A stretch of DNA of 64,000 nt from an uncultured Gemella sp. GTDB lineage: Bacteria > Bacillota > Bacilli > Staphylococcales > Gemellaceae. Of the stretch, positions 16,850 through 28,146 are shown piece by piece; positions within the stretch are counted from its first letter, which is position 1; every line of letters starts with the position of its first letter. The stretch lies in assembly GCF_963525875.1 (NCBI RefSeq), contig NZ_CAURMG010000005.1:3406-67405 (forward strand), read 5' to 3'. A program made the translations under genes and the position numbers. The notes beneath the pieces were generated by a model that did not search any database, was not told the origin of the DNA, and saw nothing but the letters and a program-made list of their open reading frames with translations.

Positions 16850-18058
16850 TTAGTCTAAAAAATCTTTACTAAAACTTGTCGTAATTACTGTCTTCCCTCT
16901 GTTATCAAAATTCTCAAAATCAGTTATTATATTATCACCAAATTCAGCTTTTAATTTTTTAGAGAGTTTTCTATATTTCTCTTCTTCTTTATAATCTTTT
17001 TTGTCAAAAATATCGAGTTGAACTTTTAATTCTTTAGATCTTTTAATGTCATTCAATGATACTCCTAAAAGTCTAACTCCTTGACTGAAATCATAATGTT
17101 CAAGCAAAAGATCCCATGCATAATTAAAAATATCATTCGCACTAGAAATAAATTCTGGAATCTTCTTAGATCTAGTAATTGTCTTAAAATCACTAAATCT
17201 AACCATTATCGAGATATTATTCCCTACATAATTTCTAGATTGAACTCTTAAACTGACCTTCTCGCTCAATTTTTTAATTTCTTTTAAAATATCATCTTCT
17301 TCTATTAAATCACTAGAAAATGTTTTTGAATTCCCAATAGACTTTCTATCAACTGTATATTTAAGCTCATTATTTCCTTCTCCATTAGCTTTATTCTTAA
17401 GCCTTAACCCTTGAACACCTAATACACTATGAAGAATTACCTCATTAGCTTCTGCAATATCACCAATTGTATTTATCCCTATTTTTTTCAATTTTTTAGT
17501 TGAAGCTTTCCCACAACCATGCATCTCACCTATATCTAAATTCCAAAGAATATCTTTATAGTTTTTTTTATTAATAATGGAAAAACCAAGTGGCTTTTTT
17601 AAATTAGATCCCATTTTCGCAAAAAATTTATTAAATGAGACACCTACTGAAGAAGGCATTCCTAGTTGCTTATAAATCCTTCTTTGAATAGTAGCTATAA
17701 CTTTTATAGGTTCTGAAAAATCAGTCAAATCAATATATGCCTCATCTACAGAAACTATCTCAATTTTATCCGTATATTCTCGTACCAAATCAAAAATCAA
17801 CTTCGACTCTTGTTGGTATTTAGGCATATCAGGGCGAAGAATTTTTATATTTGGACAAATTTTCCTAGCATCTCCTACACGCATGGTTGTTTTTATTCCT
17901 AATTTTCTAGCCTCATAATTAGAAGTTACTATTATTCCATGCCTTGTTTTCACTTCTCCTGCTATTGCTAAAGGTTTTCCTTTTAGTTCAGAGTTATATT
18001 TTTCTTCTACGCTAGCATAAAAGCAATTCATATCAATATGAGCAATAACTTTTGACAT
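16850..18058 (-). CDS. dinB: DNA polymerase IV
   Basis: HIDMNCFYASVE, SNYEAR, SVDEAYID. Confidence 0.95.
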   Translation of the reverse strand: MSKVIAHIDMNCFYASVEEKYNSELKGKPLAIAGEVKTRHGIIVTSNYEARKLGIKTTMRVGDARKICPNIKILRPDMPKYQQESKLIFDLVREYTDKIEIVSVDEAYIDLTDFSEPIKVIATIQRRIYKQLGMPSSVGVSFNKFFAKMGSNLKKPLGFSIINKKNYKDILWNLDIGEMHGCGKASTKKLKKIGINTIGDIAEANEVILHSVLGVQGLRLKNKANGEGNNELKYTVDRKSIGNSKTFSSDLIEEDDILKEIKKLSEKVSLRVQSRNYVGNNISIMVRFSDFKTITRSKKIPEFISSANDIFNYAWDLLLEHYDFSQGVRLLGVSLNDIKRSKELKVQLDIFDKKDYKEEEKYRKLSKKLKAEFGDNIITDFENFDNRGKTVITTSFSKDFLD

Positions 18059-18114
18059 TCTTTCACCCCTTTAAAATAGACTAAAAACGGGAACAATATA
18101 GAACAATTCAAAAC

Positions 18115-18288
18115 GGGAGTGACTCTAAAATAGCGATTTCGAAGAAATCGATTTTGTCGAGTCACCCCCGCAAAGTTTATTAGATATCTAAAAAGCTTTT
18201 ATAAAGCGAATTTAGATATAAATAAACTACTGCATCTATGAGATTTCATATACACTTTGTTAAAATTTAAGACTTTTGGGGCAGCCCC
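18115..18288 (+). mobile_element. MITE-like intergenic repeat, full copy 2
   Basis: GGGAGTGACTC...TTTTGGGGCAGCCCC; the flanks form an inverted repeat. Confidence 0.75.
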
Positions 18289-18330
18289 TTTGAGATGTTC
18301 CCTATTCTGATTTCCCGTTATATTTCATTA

Positions 18331-20190
18331 CTAAATTAATGAAAAGTTAATTATTATTATTGGTTTTCTCTTAGTATTATCATACAGTAAGCTTGAAAGC
18401 ATACTTCTAATCTCAGCTTTTACGGCCGCACACTCTCTAATACTCTTAATTGGATTGTTTTCTAAGTACTCGATTACTTTTTCTTCCGCTTCTTTAATTA
18501 GTTCCATACTCTTCTTAACATAGACAAAACCTTTAGTTTGAATAACTGGCCTTCCAACTAGAGTTTTCTCTTTCTTACTAATTGCATATGAAGCAACGAA
18601 GATTCCATCATTTGATAATAGTTTTCTATCTTTTAATACACTATCTTCTACATCTCCAATACCACGTCCATCAACCAGTATATTTCCAATTGGTATGTTA
18701 TTTTGTAATGTTTTAGATTTATTACCACTTAACTCTAGAGTAGTTCCTTTTGCTAAAATATGAATGTTCTCAGCAACTACCCCTGTCTCTGCTGCAATCT
18801 CAGCATGTTTACGAAGATTTCTAAATTCTCCTTGAACTGGAATAAAGTGTTTTGGCAAAAGCATATTTAACATCATTTTCAATTCTTCTTTTGTTGCATG
18901 GCTAGCAGCGTGAAGACGTTTAGAAGCTGTCACTACATTTGCCCCAAGTTTAACTAATAAGTTAAGAGTTTGGAATAACATCACTTCCATATTTGGTGAA
19001 GGTGTAGCTGCAATCATAATAGTGTCTCCAGATTCGATTTGAATACCTTCTATTTTCTTCTCAGCAATATTTTTCATAGCTTCTATCGGTTCACCTTGAT
19101 CACCTGAAGAAAGAATACATACTTCATTTTGTGGATAGTTTTTTAACTCTTCAATAGAAATTAAATTACTATCTTCAATTTGTAAATAATTCATATTTCT
19201 AGCAGTATTAATAGAGGCTTTAATAGCTTGCCCTAAAAGTAAAATCTTTCTATTCTGTACTAATGCAGCTCTTACTATATGAGAAATTGTTAAAAAGTTA
19301 GACGCATAACACGTAACTATAATACGTTTATTAGCTTGATAAAATGCATTATCAATTTGTTCAGCCGCTTCATTCTCAGGAACATTATAACCTTTAACAT
19401 TGGCATTACTTGAGTCACTCAGTAAAGCAAGAACACCTTTTTGACCTAATGTACTAATTTTTACTATATCAGACTTATATTCTTTACTTACTGATTGATC
19501 AAATTTAAACTCACCAGTATATACAATATTTCCTTGACTTGTTTCAATACAAATACCTAAAGAGTCTGGCATTGAGTATGTAGTTTTGAAGAATGTTACA
19601 CTTGCATTGTTGAAATCATACTTATTATTATCTTTTACATAATAAAACTTAATTCTTCTTTTAATACCTAGTTGCTTAAGATGATTTTTCAATAAATCAA
19701 TAGTTAATTTAGAACCATAAACAGGACATTTTAATTTATCTATAATATATGGCACAGCTCCCATTGAGCTCACATGCCCATTAGATAAAAATATACCTTT
19801 AATTTTTTGTCTATTACGTACTAAATAACTAATATCAGGTATAACTGCATCGATACCAATCATCTCTGTTTCAGGAAACATTAACCCTGCATCAAGAACA
19901 TAAATCTCGTCCCCAATTTCAACCATGTACATGTTTTTTGCTACTTCTTCTACTCCTCCTAATGGAGTTATACGAATCTTAGCTAACTTTTTAGATTTAT
20001 TTTGTTGAATTTTAGCTTTATTTGTATTATTTATATTCTTAACTACTTGTTTTTTATTTCTTTGTTCTTTTGTTACTACTTTGTTTGTATTTATAGATTT
20101 ATTATTACTTTTCTTACTTTGCTGAGCATTATTTTTCTTATTATTTTTTTGTATATTTTTAGCAATACTTATTCCATTATTATTACTCAT
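18331..20190 (-). CDS. rnjB: Ribonuclease J, J2-type (degenerate metal-binding motifs) with a low-complexity N-terminal tail
   Basis: ITPLGGVEEVAKN, DAGLMFP, VIPDISYL; HxHxDH replaced by NGHVSS; PVQGEFR. Confidence 0.85.
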   Translation of the reverse strand: MSNNNGISIAKNIQKNNKKNNAQQSKKSNNKSINTNKVVTKEQRNKKQVVKNINNTNKAKIQQNKSKKLAKIRITPLGGVEEVAKNMYMVEIGDEIYVLDAGLMFPETEMIGIDAVIPDISYLVRNRQKIKGIFLSNGHVSSMGAVPYIIDKLKCPVYGSKLTIDLLKNHLKQLGIKRRIKFYYVKDNNKYDFNNASVTFFKTTYSMPDSLGICIETSQGNIVYTGEFKFDQSVSKEYKSDIVKISTLGQKGVLALLSDSSNANVKGYNVPENEAAEQIDNAFYQANKRIIVTCYASNFLTISHIVRAALVQNRKILLLGQAIKASINTARNMNYLQIEDSNLISIEELKNYPQNEVCILSSGDQGEPIEAMKNIAEKKIEGIQIESGDTIMIAATPSPNMEVMLFQTLNLLVKLGANVVTASKRLHAASHATKEELKMMLNMLLPKHFIPVQGEFRNLRKHAEIAAETGVVAENIHILAKGTTLELSGNKSKTLQNNIPIGNILVDGRGIGDVEDSVLKDRKLLSNDGIFVASYAISKKEKTLVGRPVIQTKGFVYVKKSMELIKEAEEKVIEYLENNPIKSIRECAAVKAEIRSMLSSLLYDNTKRKPIIIINFSLI

Positions 20191-20960
20191 TTTTTTCCTC
20201 CTTGTATCATTGATTTTATTGGCTCAAAATCTCTTCTATGAATCGGTGTAACACCATGTTCTTTTAAACCGTCTAAATGTTTTTTTGTTCCATACCCAGC
20301 ATTATTTTCAAAATCATAATGCGGATATTTTTTTGCATATTCTTTCATTAAATTATCTCGATAAACCTTAGCAATCACCGAAGCTGCTGCAATAGAAACA
20401 CTTTTCTCATCACCTTTTACCATACTAAAATTCGGTATTGGATAATTCTCAAATGGCATAGCATCTATAAGTAAGAAATCTGGTTTAACAGCTAGCTTTT
20501 CTACTGCCCTTTGCATTGCAATACGAGCTGCATTATAAATATTGTATTTTTCTATTTCAATATTATCAACTTCACAAACTGCATATGCTACTGCTTCTTT
20601 TTTTATCTGTTCATATAATTCTTCACGTTTTTTCTCTGATAATTTTTTTGAATCATTTAATCCTTCGAAATAGCTATCTTGTTTTAAAATTACAGCTGCA
20701 GCGACTACTGGTCCTGCAAGTGGTCCTCTTCCTACCTCATCTATTCCACAAATATACTTACACCCACTATTATAACATTTATTTTCATAAAATGATTTTT
20801 TTTCATACTCTTTTTTATAAAAAAGTTTTTTTTCTTGTTTTTTAGTATAGCTTACAAGTAATTTCTGAACTCCGCTTCTTTCATCTTTTTTTAACTCAGT
20901 TAATATTTCTTCGGAAATATTTTCCTGATTCAAGAGTTCTTTTACCTCACTAATTTTCAT
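20187..20960 (-). CDS. rnhB: Ribonuclease HII
   Basis: GIDEVGRGPLAGPV, DSKKL, SIAAASVIAK. Confidence 0.96.
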   Translation of the reverse strand: MKISEVKELLNQENISEEILTELKKDERSGVQKLLVSYTKKQEKKLFYKKEYEKKSFYENKCYNSGCKYICGIDEVGRGPLAGPVVAAAVILKQDSYFEGLNDSKKLSEKKREELYEQIKKEAVAYAVCEVDNIEIEKYNIYNAARIAMQRAVEKLAVKPDFLLIDAMPFENYPIPNFSMVKGDEKSVSIAAASVIAKVYRDNLMKEYAKKYPHYDFENNAGYGTKKHLDGLKEHGVTPIHRRDFEPIKSMIQGGKK

Positions 20961-21828
20961 CTTGTCCCTCTTTTTTTAATAAATCACTGTAATTATCTAG
21001 TGTAATAAGTCCGAATTTTTGTGTTCTAAAATCTTGAATCAACAACTTAATTGTCGAATCATAATCATAGTCACCGCCAATTTTTTTAAATCTCTTTTCG
21101 GCTACTTTTTCCATAATAGTTACATTTTCGTCATCACTAGTAACATTTATTTTATAAAGATTATTTAAATTCTCTAAATAACTTTGTTTTAACAACTCTA
21201 TTAAATATAAACTTACATCATCAAGCGGTGTAATATCATCCTTTATAGAACCAATTAGGCTTAATTTTTTCCCAATCTCTTGATTATCAAACTTAGGCAT
21301 AAGAATACCTGGTGTATCTAATAATTCTATATCTTTATTTAGCTTCAACCACTGTTGTTTTTTAGTAACACCCGGCTTATTAGCTGTATTAGCTACATTT
21401 TTCTTAATTAGTTTATTGATAAATGTTGATTTTCCAACATTAGGAACACCGATTACCATTGATCTAATCGCTCTTGGTTTTATTCCTTTAGCTACTTGAC
21501 GTGCTATTTTTTCTGCAAGTTCTTCTTTAGCTTTATCGATAACTTTATTCAGATTATTACTATTTTTTGCATCAGTATAAACTACTGTATATCCTTTACT
21601 CTCAAAATAACTTTTCCATTTTGCCGTCTCAGCTTTATCACATAAGTCAATTTTATTAAATATAATTATTTTTTTCTTATCTTTTACCACTTCATCTAAG
21701 TACATATTATGTGAAGAAAGTGGGCAACGTGCATCTACTAATTCAAAAACTATATCTACTAGTTTTAACTTTTCTTTAACTTCTCTTGTTGCCTTAGCCA
21801 TATGACCTGGAAACCATTGAATAACCAT
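20950..21828 (-). CDS. rbgA: Ribosome biogenesis GTPase RbgA/YlqF
   Basis: IQWFPGHMAKA, GVPNVGKS, LLDTPG. Confidence 0.96.
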   Translation of the reverse strand: MVIQWFPGHMAKATREVKEKLKLVDIVFELVDARCPLSSHNMYLDEVVKDKKKIIIFNKIDLCDKAETAKWKSYFESKGYTVVYTDAKNSNNLNKVIDKAKEELAEKIARQVAKGIKPRAIRSMVIGVPNVGKSTFINKLIKKNVANTANKPGVTKKQQWLKLNKDIELLDTPGILMPKFDNQEIGKKLSLIGSIKDDITPLDDVSLYLIELLKQSYLENLNNLYKINVTSDDENVTIMEKVAEKRFKKIGGDYDYDSTIKLLIQDFRTQKFGLITLDNYSDLLKKEGQDEN

Positions 21829-22154
21829 AAATCCAACTCCTTATCTTCTTATTTTTTTAAATTTTTCTTATTTTAAACAGTCTTTATTATTTTACCACAT
21901 TTTTAAATATTTTTAACCTATTTTGTCATCAATTATTCGTAAAACGTTAATATTCTCAAATTTTTAACTAGTGTTACATAAAATATCTCAAATTAAAAAA
22001 ATACTATATTCAGACTATGTGTAGGTGGCTCTACAATATCAATTTCTCCAAGATCATATCTTAAAGCTACTTCCTTTCATTCAAATACTTTTTTAAATAT
22101 TCCCTTTTTTAATAAAAAAGAACAAGATAGCTTTTCCTACCTTGTTCATTAATT

Positions 22155-22817
22155 TTATCTCTTATCTACTTTCTTAACAATCGTATCTCCAAGTATTTGA
22201 ACAGCAAATACGATGATTAAAATTAACACTGTCGCAACAAATGTTAAAGTACTATTATTACGTTGGAACCCATCTAAATAAGCTAAGTTACCAAGACCTC
22301 CAGCTCCAATAACACCTGCCATAGCTGTAGAACCAACTAAAGCGATAGCTGTAACAGTTAGCCCTGAGATTATCGCTGGTAAACTCTCTGGAATTAAAAC
22401 TTTTGTAATAATCGTAGTATTTTTTGCTCCCATTGCACGAGCAGCTTCGATTACCCCTTTATCTACTTCACGTAAACCAATCTCTACTAAACGAGCATAG
22501 AATGGTGCTGCAGAAATAATAAGTGCAGGAATCGCTGCTTGAACTCCAATAATTGTACCAACTAAAGCCTTTGTAAATGGAATTAATAATACAATTAAGA
22601 TGATAAACGGAATTGCACGAAATATATTAACTATTGCAGTAACAACAGCGTAAAAACCACGTCCAAAAGTACTCTTACTATTAGATGTTAAATATAATAA
22701 TAACCCTAAAAATAATCCTACTACAAACACCGCAATCAATGACTCAAAAGTCATAATAAGTGTTTCAATTGTTTTATCTTGTACTTTAATCCAATTAACT
22801 CTTGAAAAATCAAACAT
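22155..22817 (-). CDS. metI: Methionine ABC transporter permease
   Basis: FRAIPFIIL, EAARAMGA, GAGGLG. Confidence 0.9.
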   Translation of the reverse strand: MFDFSRVNWIKVQDKTIETLIMTFESLIAVFVVGLFLGLLLYLTSNSKSTFGRGFYAVVTAIVNIFRAIPFIILIVLLIPFTKALVGTIIGVQAAIPALIISAAPFYARLVEIGLREVDKGVIEAARAMGAKNTTIITKVLIPESLPAIISGLTVTAIALVGSTAMAGVIGAGGLGNLAYLDGFQRNNSTLTFVATVLILIIVFAVQILGDTIVKKVDKR

Positions 22818-23830
22818 TATAACACCTCCGTTAAGATACCTAGTTCATTTAGTCTAGAAATTGCTTTATCAGTATTCTCTTTAGATCCAATTAATTGAAC
22901 AAATAACGTACCAATATTAGCATTCGCCGTTTTATCAATATGTCCATTAATTATATTAAAATCAAAATCTATTTCTCGTACTAATGTACTAAGAATTGGT
23001 TTTTTCGATGTATTATTATCAAAGGTAAATTTAATAATAACTCCATCAGTAAATACTTTTTTCCACTCTTCAATATTTTCTCTTTCTTCAAACTCTGATG
23101 CGAATGATGTTTGCGATAAGAATTTTTTCGTAACTTCTTGTGTTGGATGATAGAAAACTTCAGAAACCAATCCATCCTCAGCGATTGTTCCACCATCTAT
23201 TACAGCTACTTTTGTACAAATTGTCTTAATAACATTCATTTCATGTGTAATTAAAACGACTGTAATATTTGTTTTGTGGTGTATTTCCTTTATTAAATTT
23301 AATACCTCAGCTGTTGTTTCTGGATCAAGGGCACTCGTAGCTTCATCACAAAGTAAAATTGAAGGATTACCTGCCAGTGCACGTGCAATACCTACTCTTT
23401 GTTTTTGTCCCCCAGAAAGTTGAGACGGATAAGCATTTAATCTGTCTTCTAAACCTACTAATTTTGCCAATTCCTCTACTCTTGCTTTAATTTCAGCTTT
23501 TGATTTCCCAAGAATTTCTAATGGAAATGCAATATTTTCAGCAACTGTTCTACTCCATAATAAATTAAAGTGTTGGAAAATCATTCCAATTCTTTGACGT
23601 TTTAAACGACGTTGCTCTTCAGTTATTTTATTAAAGTCATCACCCTCAATGATTACCTCACCATCTGTTGCAACCTCAAGTCCGTTTAACAGCCTTACTA
23701 ACGTACTTTTTCCAGCTCCAGAATAACCGATAATTCCGTAAATATCACCTTTTTCAACTTTTAAATTAATATCTTTTAGAGCATGAACTTTATTATTATA
23801 TATCTTATTAACTTTTTTTAATTCAATCAT
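22817..23830 (-). CDS. metN: Methionine ABC transporter ATP-binding protein with NIL domain
   Basis: GYSGAGKST, LSGGQKQR, CDEATSALDP; start at MIELK (RBS AAGGAG). Confidence 0.92.
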   Translation of the reverse strand: MIELKKVNKIYNNKVHALKDINLKVEKGDIYGIIGYSGAGKSTLVRLLNGLEVATDGEVIIEGDDFNKITEEQRRLKRQRIGMIFQHFNLLWSRTVAENIAFPLEILGKSKAEIKARVEELAKLVGLEDRLNAYPSQLSGGQKQRVGIARALAGNPSILLCDEATSALDPETTAEVLNLIKEIHHKTNITVVLITHEMNVIKTICTKVAVIDGGTIAEDGLVSEVFYHPTQEVTKKFLSQTSFASEFEERENIEEWKKVFTDGVIIKFTFDNNTSKKPILSTLVREIDFDFNIINGHIDKTANANIGTLFVQLIGSKENTDKAISRLNELGILTEVL

Positions 23831-23859
23831 GTCTATCTCCTTTCTCTTTTTGAAAATAA

Positions 23860-24105
23860 AAAACACCCTTACTCTGATATCCAGAATAAGGGCGTCATAC
23901 GCGGTACCACCTTATATTTTACTTGTTACAACTACTAACATAGTCTATCCTATAACGTGGACCACCGAACAAAGTTTACAATTTAGTTTACCTTATTAAC
24001 CACTCGAACCATCTTCATAAATTTCATAATATACCTTCACAGCTCACGGTACTCTCTTAAAAAATTCCATCTATTACTTATACGAGTATTGGTTTCTATT
24101 AATTT
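23860..24105 (-). promoter_or_regulatory. T-box riboswitch leader upstream of metNI
   Basis: T-box AAGGTGGTACCGCG (23913-23900) followed by terminator GCCCTT...AAGGGTGTTTTT. Stem I AGAGA/GCTGTGA motifs. AUG triplets lie in the specifier region, but the exact specifier was not resolved by eye. Confidence 0.88.
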
Positions 24106-24111
24106 CTAATT

Positions 24112-24140
24112 AGTATAACACTATATTTTTCTTGTGTCAA
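24112..24140 (-). promoter_or_regulatory. sigmaA promoter of the T-box leader
   Basis: TTGACA-17-TATACT with a TG extension. Confidence 0.8.
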
Positions 24141-24184
24141 GCGGAATTTTTGAAAACATTTTGAAAAATTCTGAAAATAACATC

Positions 24185-25177
24185 CTAGTTTTCGATTTTA
24201 ATCTCATTCTCTCTTAAATATTTTGCTACCACATTAGCCATATCATCTAGTAAATCATCCAGTTCTTCCCAATTTTTCACTGTTGCCCCACTGGCTAATG
24301 GATGACCTCCACCAGCATATTTTTCAGCAAGAGTATTGATTACAGGACCTTTAGAGCGGATACGAACACGTACTTTATTACCTTCATCAATAGCAAAACA
24401 CCACGCGTATAAATCTTTTAGACTTCTAAGTAAGTTAACTCCTGTAGATACTTCTCCTGGATCAACCCCATATTTATCCATATCTTCCTTAGTAATTTTA
24501 AGATATGCAACACCATCTTGATAAACATCATATTTTTCAAAAATAAATGCTCTAAAACGCATAATATTTTCACCAATTATTTCCATCTTATCTAAAAGAG
24601 CACTCATATTAAAATCATATTTTATTAATTCCGAAGCTACCCTTAAAGTGTCATTAGAAGTATTTGGGAATAAAAATCTTCCTGTATCACCTACGATGCC
24701 AAGATACAATAATTTAGCTGCTTCATCATTTAACTTTATATCATAATTACTATTTAAATATTCATAAAAATTATATATTAATTCGCTGCACGATGAAACT
24801 TCTGTATTCACCAAATTTATACATCCATAATTATCTAATGGTGGATGGTGATCTATTTTTATAAGAAAGTTGTTTTTTGTAAATAGTTTCCCATCTATTC
24901 TTGGGAAGTTAGCTGTATCCGTAACTATTACTAACGTATCCTTATAATCATCTTCTGTTACTTCTGAATTTTTAAATAAGAAATCCAACGATGGAGAATC
25001 TTTACCTACAGTAATTACTTTTTTTTCGGGAAAATTTTCCTTAATAAGTTGATACATAGCACCTTGTGATCCATAAGCATCTGGGTCTGGTCTTTCATGT
25101 CTATGTATAATAATACTATCATTTTCCTTTATCTTTTGAAAAATCTCCTCATATAACTTTTCGTAGTTTGTACTCAT
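24185..25177 (-). CDS. nrnA: DHH/DHHA1 bifunctional oligoribonuclease / pAp phosphatase
   Basis: HRHERPDPDAYGSQ, IDHH, GDTGRF, GGGHPLASG. Confidence 0.93.
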   Translation of the reverse strand: MSTNYEKLYEEIFQKIKENDSIIIHRHERPDPDAYGSQGAMYQLIKENFPEKKVITVGKDSPSLDFLFKNSEVTEDDYKDTLVIVTDTANFPRIDGKLFTKNNFLIKIDHHPPLDNYGCINLVNTEVSSCSELIYNFYEYLNSNYDIKLNDEAAKLLYLGIVGDTGRFLFPNTSNDTLRVASELIKYDFNMSALLDKMEIIGENIMRFRAFIFEKYDVYQDGVAYLKITKEDMDKYGVDPGEVSTGVNLLRSLKDLYAWCFAIDEGNKVRVRIRSKGPVINTLAEKYAGGGHPLASGATVKNWEELDDLLDDMANVVAKYLRENEIKIEN

Positions 25178-25193
25178 TTAATTTCTTCTTTCT

Positions 25194-26501
25194 CTAATTT
25201 CTTTGGAATACTTGGCAAGTTACCATAGCTTTTGCAACTAACTCTGTCTTATCATATACTTCTACATCGAACTTAGCTGTTTTACGTCCAATATCTAAAA
25301 TATTGACTTTTGTAGTAATTGTTCTATCTAAAGGAACAGATTTCAAGAAGTAAAGTGTAGTATTTTGCATCAACACTTCGCTTCTATTGTAATTGTAGCT
25401 AGTTATATGAATAGATTCATCTATTATACTTAATAATGCCGAGCTTGAAAATGTCCCAAACTGATCTAACATTTGAGGAATAACCTTAACCTGCAAACCA
25501 TCAGCTCTTGGAACTATTCCTTTTCTCATGATTTCATCAAATGTATCATTATTATGTCCTTCTTGGAATCTATTATTCGTTAACAATGAATTAATAACGA
25601 GTTTTCTAGTTACTAATCCTAATAGTGTATTTTTAGAATCTATAACAGGCATCAATTCATATCCTTCAGATAACATCGTGTTAGCTACTGATGATATTGG
25701 TGTATCTATAGTTGTAGTAGCAACTTTTCTTTCCATTACTTCTTTTATTAATGCATCTTTATCTTGTAAAAATACATCACGTGCTGTTATTATACCTACT
25801 AATTTTCCATACTCATTAACTACAGGATACCTAGTATGTCCGACTTCTAACTGAAGATCATACCAATCTTTTACAGTATTATTTAAATTAATTGTATATA
25901 AACTTTCTACTTTTATATAAATACTTTCAACTGTAATAATATCTCTTTTAATAATTTGGTCATTTGTTACACGATTAATTAAATGCGTTACTGAAAATGT
26001 ATCATGTGGTGTTATAATCAATGGTAAATTTTTGCTGTCAGCTAAAGCTTTTATAGAATCATTAGGAACATATCCTCCTGTTACTAAAATAGCACATCCT
26101 TTTTCTAAAGACATCTCAATAATTTTCGGGCGGTTACCTATTATTAATAGTGTTCCTTTTCTAATATGTTGACCTACTTGTTCTGAATCCATTGCCCCAA
26201 TCGCAAAATCCTGAACAATTTCATGGACTCCTCCACGACCAGCAATTAATTGTCCACTTACTATATTTACGATCTCAGAATACGATAGTTTCTCAACATT
26301 ATCTCTCTCTTTTTTCTGAATTCTAACTGTTCCTACACGCTCTATAGATGAAACAAACCCACGATTTTCAGATTCTTTAATTGCTCGATATGCAGTTCCT
26401 TCACTAACTTTTAATTCTTTAGCAACTTGTCTAACTGATATTTTACTTCCAATAGGTAAGCTCTTTATATATTCTAATATTTTTTGGTGCTTTGATTTCA
26501 T
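25194..26501 (-). CDS. HTH-DRTGG-CBS-hotdog domain regulator (YtoI/SpxR-like)
   Basis: SKHQKILEYI...SEGTAYRAIK, GHTRYPVV; conserved neighbour of nrnA. Confidence 0.88.
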   Translation of the reverse strand: MKSKHQKILEYIKSLPIGSKISVRQVAKELKVSEGTAYRAIKESENRGFVSSIERVGTVRIQKKERDNVEKLSYSEIVNIVSGQLIAGRGGVHEIVQDFAIGAMDSEQVGQHIRKGTLLIIGNRPKIIEMSLEKGCAILVTGGYVPNDSIKALADSKNLPLIITPHDTFSVTHLINRVTNDQIIKRDIITVESIYIKVESLYTINLNNTVKDWYDLQLEVGHTRYPVVNEYGKLVGIITARDVFLQDKDALIKEVMERKVATTTIDTPISSVANTMLSEGYELMPVIDSKNTLLGLVTRKLVINSLLTNNRFQEGHNNDTFDEIMRKGIVPRADGLQVKVIPQMLDQFGTFSSSALLSIIDESIHITSYNYNRSEVLMQNTTLYFLKSVPLDRTITTKVNILDIGRKTAKFDVEVYDKTELVAKAMVTCQVFQRN

Positions 26502-26763
26502 AATTCTTCCTCCTTGTATTTTTATTATAATACAAACATTTTATTTATAACACATTCTTTACATATGTAATTATATACTTTTTACTTAACTATTTCAAGA
26601 CAAAAAAAGATGAAAGATAAGTTATTTTACTTACCTTTCATCTATTCCTATATAATTTTAAAAGTAATGTAATAAAATAAAGTTCTTTTAACTAATTTAT
26701 TGATACAGTTTCTTTTTAATTTTTTTTACTATAACAATTATTAATATATTACACTTTAATATT

Positions 26764-28146
26764 TTACGATTTTCTTCCAGCAGGCATTTTTTTTGCATAA
26801 CCTACTTTATTTTCTTGTTTAACACGAGCTATTACTAATGCATCATCTGGTGCGTTTTCTGTTACAGTAGTTCCTGCAGCAACAACAGCACCATCTCCTA
26901 TTTCTAGTGGGGCTATCAAGTTCGAGTTACACCCGATAAATGCATCACTACCAATTTTTGTTTTATATTTATTTTTTCCATCATAATTAACAGTAATTGT
27001 TCCACAACCTATATTTGTGTTACTTCCAACTTCAGTGTCACCAAGATAACTTAAGTGAGCTGTTTTAGATCCATCTCCATAAGTTGTATTTTTCAATTCA
27101 ACAAAATTCCCAACTCTAACATTTTTTCCTAATTCACAATTATTTCTAATATGTGAATATGGTCCTACACTTGTATAATCACCAATTTTCGAATCACTAA
27201 TTGTTGAGGAAATTACTTTTACACCATTTCCTATTTGTACATTTTCTAAATATGAATTAGGCTTAATTTGACAATCTTCTCCAATAATAGTATTTGATTT
27301 AATTGTTACATTTGGATAAATAGTTGTATCACGACCAATAACTGCATTCGGTGCAATATAGGTATTCGTAGGATCAACTAAAGTTACCCCTGCTAACATA
27401 TGTTTAGTGTTTATTCTATTTCTCATTACATTTTCAGCATAAGCTAAGGCTACTCTATCATTAACACCGAAAGTTTCATCGAAATCATCACAAAGATACG
27501 TTTCAATTATTTCTTTTTGCTCACGAATTAAACCAAGAACATCAGGAAGATAATATTCACCTTGATTATTATCATTTTTTACTTTTTCTAGCATTTCAAA
27601 TAAAAGTTTATTATCAAAACAGTAAATACCTGAATTGATTTCTTTTATTTTTCTCTCTTGTTCAGTAGCATCTTTTTCTTCAACAATCTTAACTAAATTA
27701 CCATTTACATCACGAATTATACGTCCATAAGCGAATGGGTTATCAGCTATTGCTGTTAAAACTGTTGCTTTAGCATTCATTTTTTCATGATGATCTAACA
27801 TATTATTAATAGTCTCCGAGCGAATTAATGGAGTATCACCATACATTACTATAGTAGTACCTTCTTTATCCTTTAATTCATCCTTTGCAACTTTTACTGC
27901 ATGAGCAGTACCTAATTGTTCCGCTTGAAGAACAAATTTAGTTCTATCCCCTAGCACTTCTTTTACTCTTTCAGCACCGTGCCCAACTACAGTAATTACC
28001 TCTTGCATTTCTAAATCACTAAGACTATCCAATACAAGCTCAACCATAGTTCTATCACATACCTTATGTAGAACTTTATATAGTTTAGACTGCATTCTCG
28101 TCCCTTTACCTGCTGCTAATATTACTGCATATCTATTATTACTCAT
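26764..28146 (-). CDS. glmU: Bifunctional UDP-GlcNAc pyrophosphorylase / GlcN-1-P acetyltransferase
   Basis: ILAAGKGTRM, QLGTAHAV, EYYLPD, hexapeptide repeats; start placed at MSNNRY. Confidence 0.96.
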   Translation of the reverse strand: MSNNRYAVILAAGKGTRMQSKLYKVLHKVCDRTMVELVLDSLSDLEMQEVITVVGHGAERVKEVLGDRTKFVLQAEQLGTAHAVKVAKDELKDKEGTTIVMYGDTPLIRSETINNMLDHHEKMNAKATVLTAIADNPFAYGRIIRDVNGNLVKIVEEKDATEQERKIKEINSGIYCFDNKLLFEMLEKVKNDNNQGEYYLPDVLGLIREQKEIIETYLCDDFDETFGVNDRVALAYAENVMRNRINTKHMLAGVTLVDPTNTYIAPNAVIGRDTTIYPNVTIKSNTIIGEDCQIKPNSYLENVQIGNGVKVISSTISDSKIGDYTSVGPYSHIRNNCELGKNVRVGNFVELKNTTYGDGSKTAHLSYLGDTEVGSNTNIGCGTITVNYDGKNKYKTKIGSDAFIGCNSNLIAPLEIGDGAVVAAGTTVTENAPDDALVIARVKQENKVGYAKKMPAGRKS

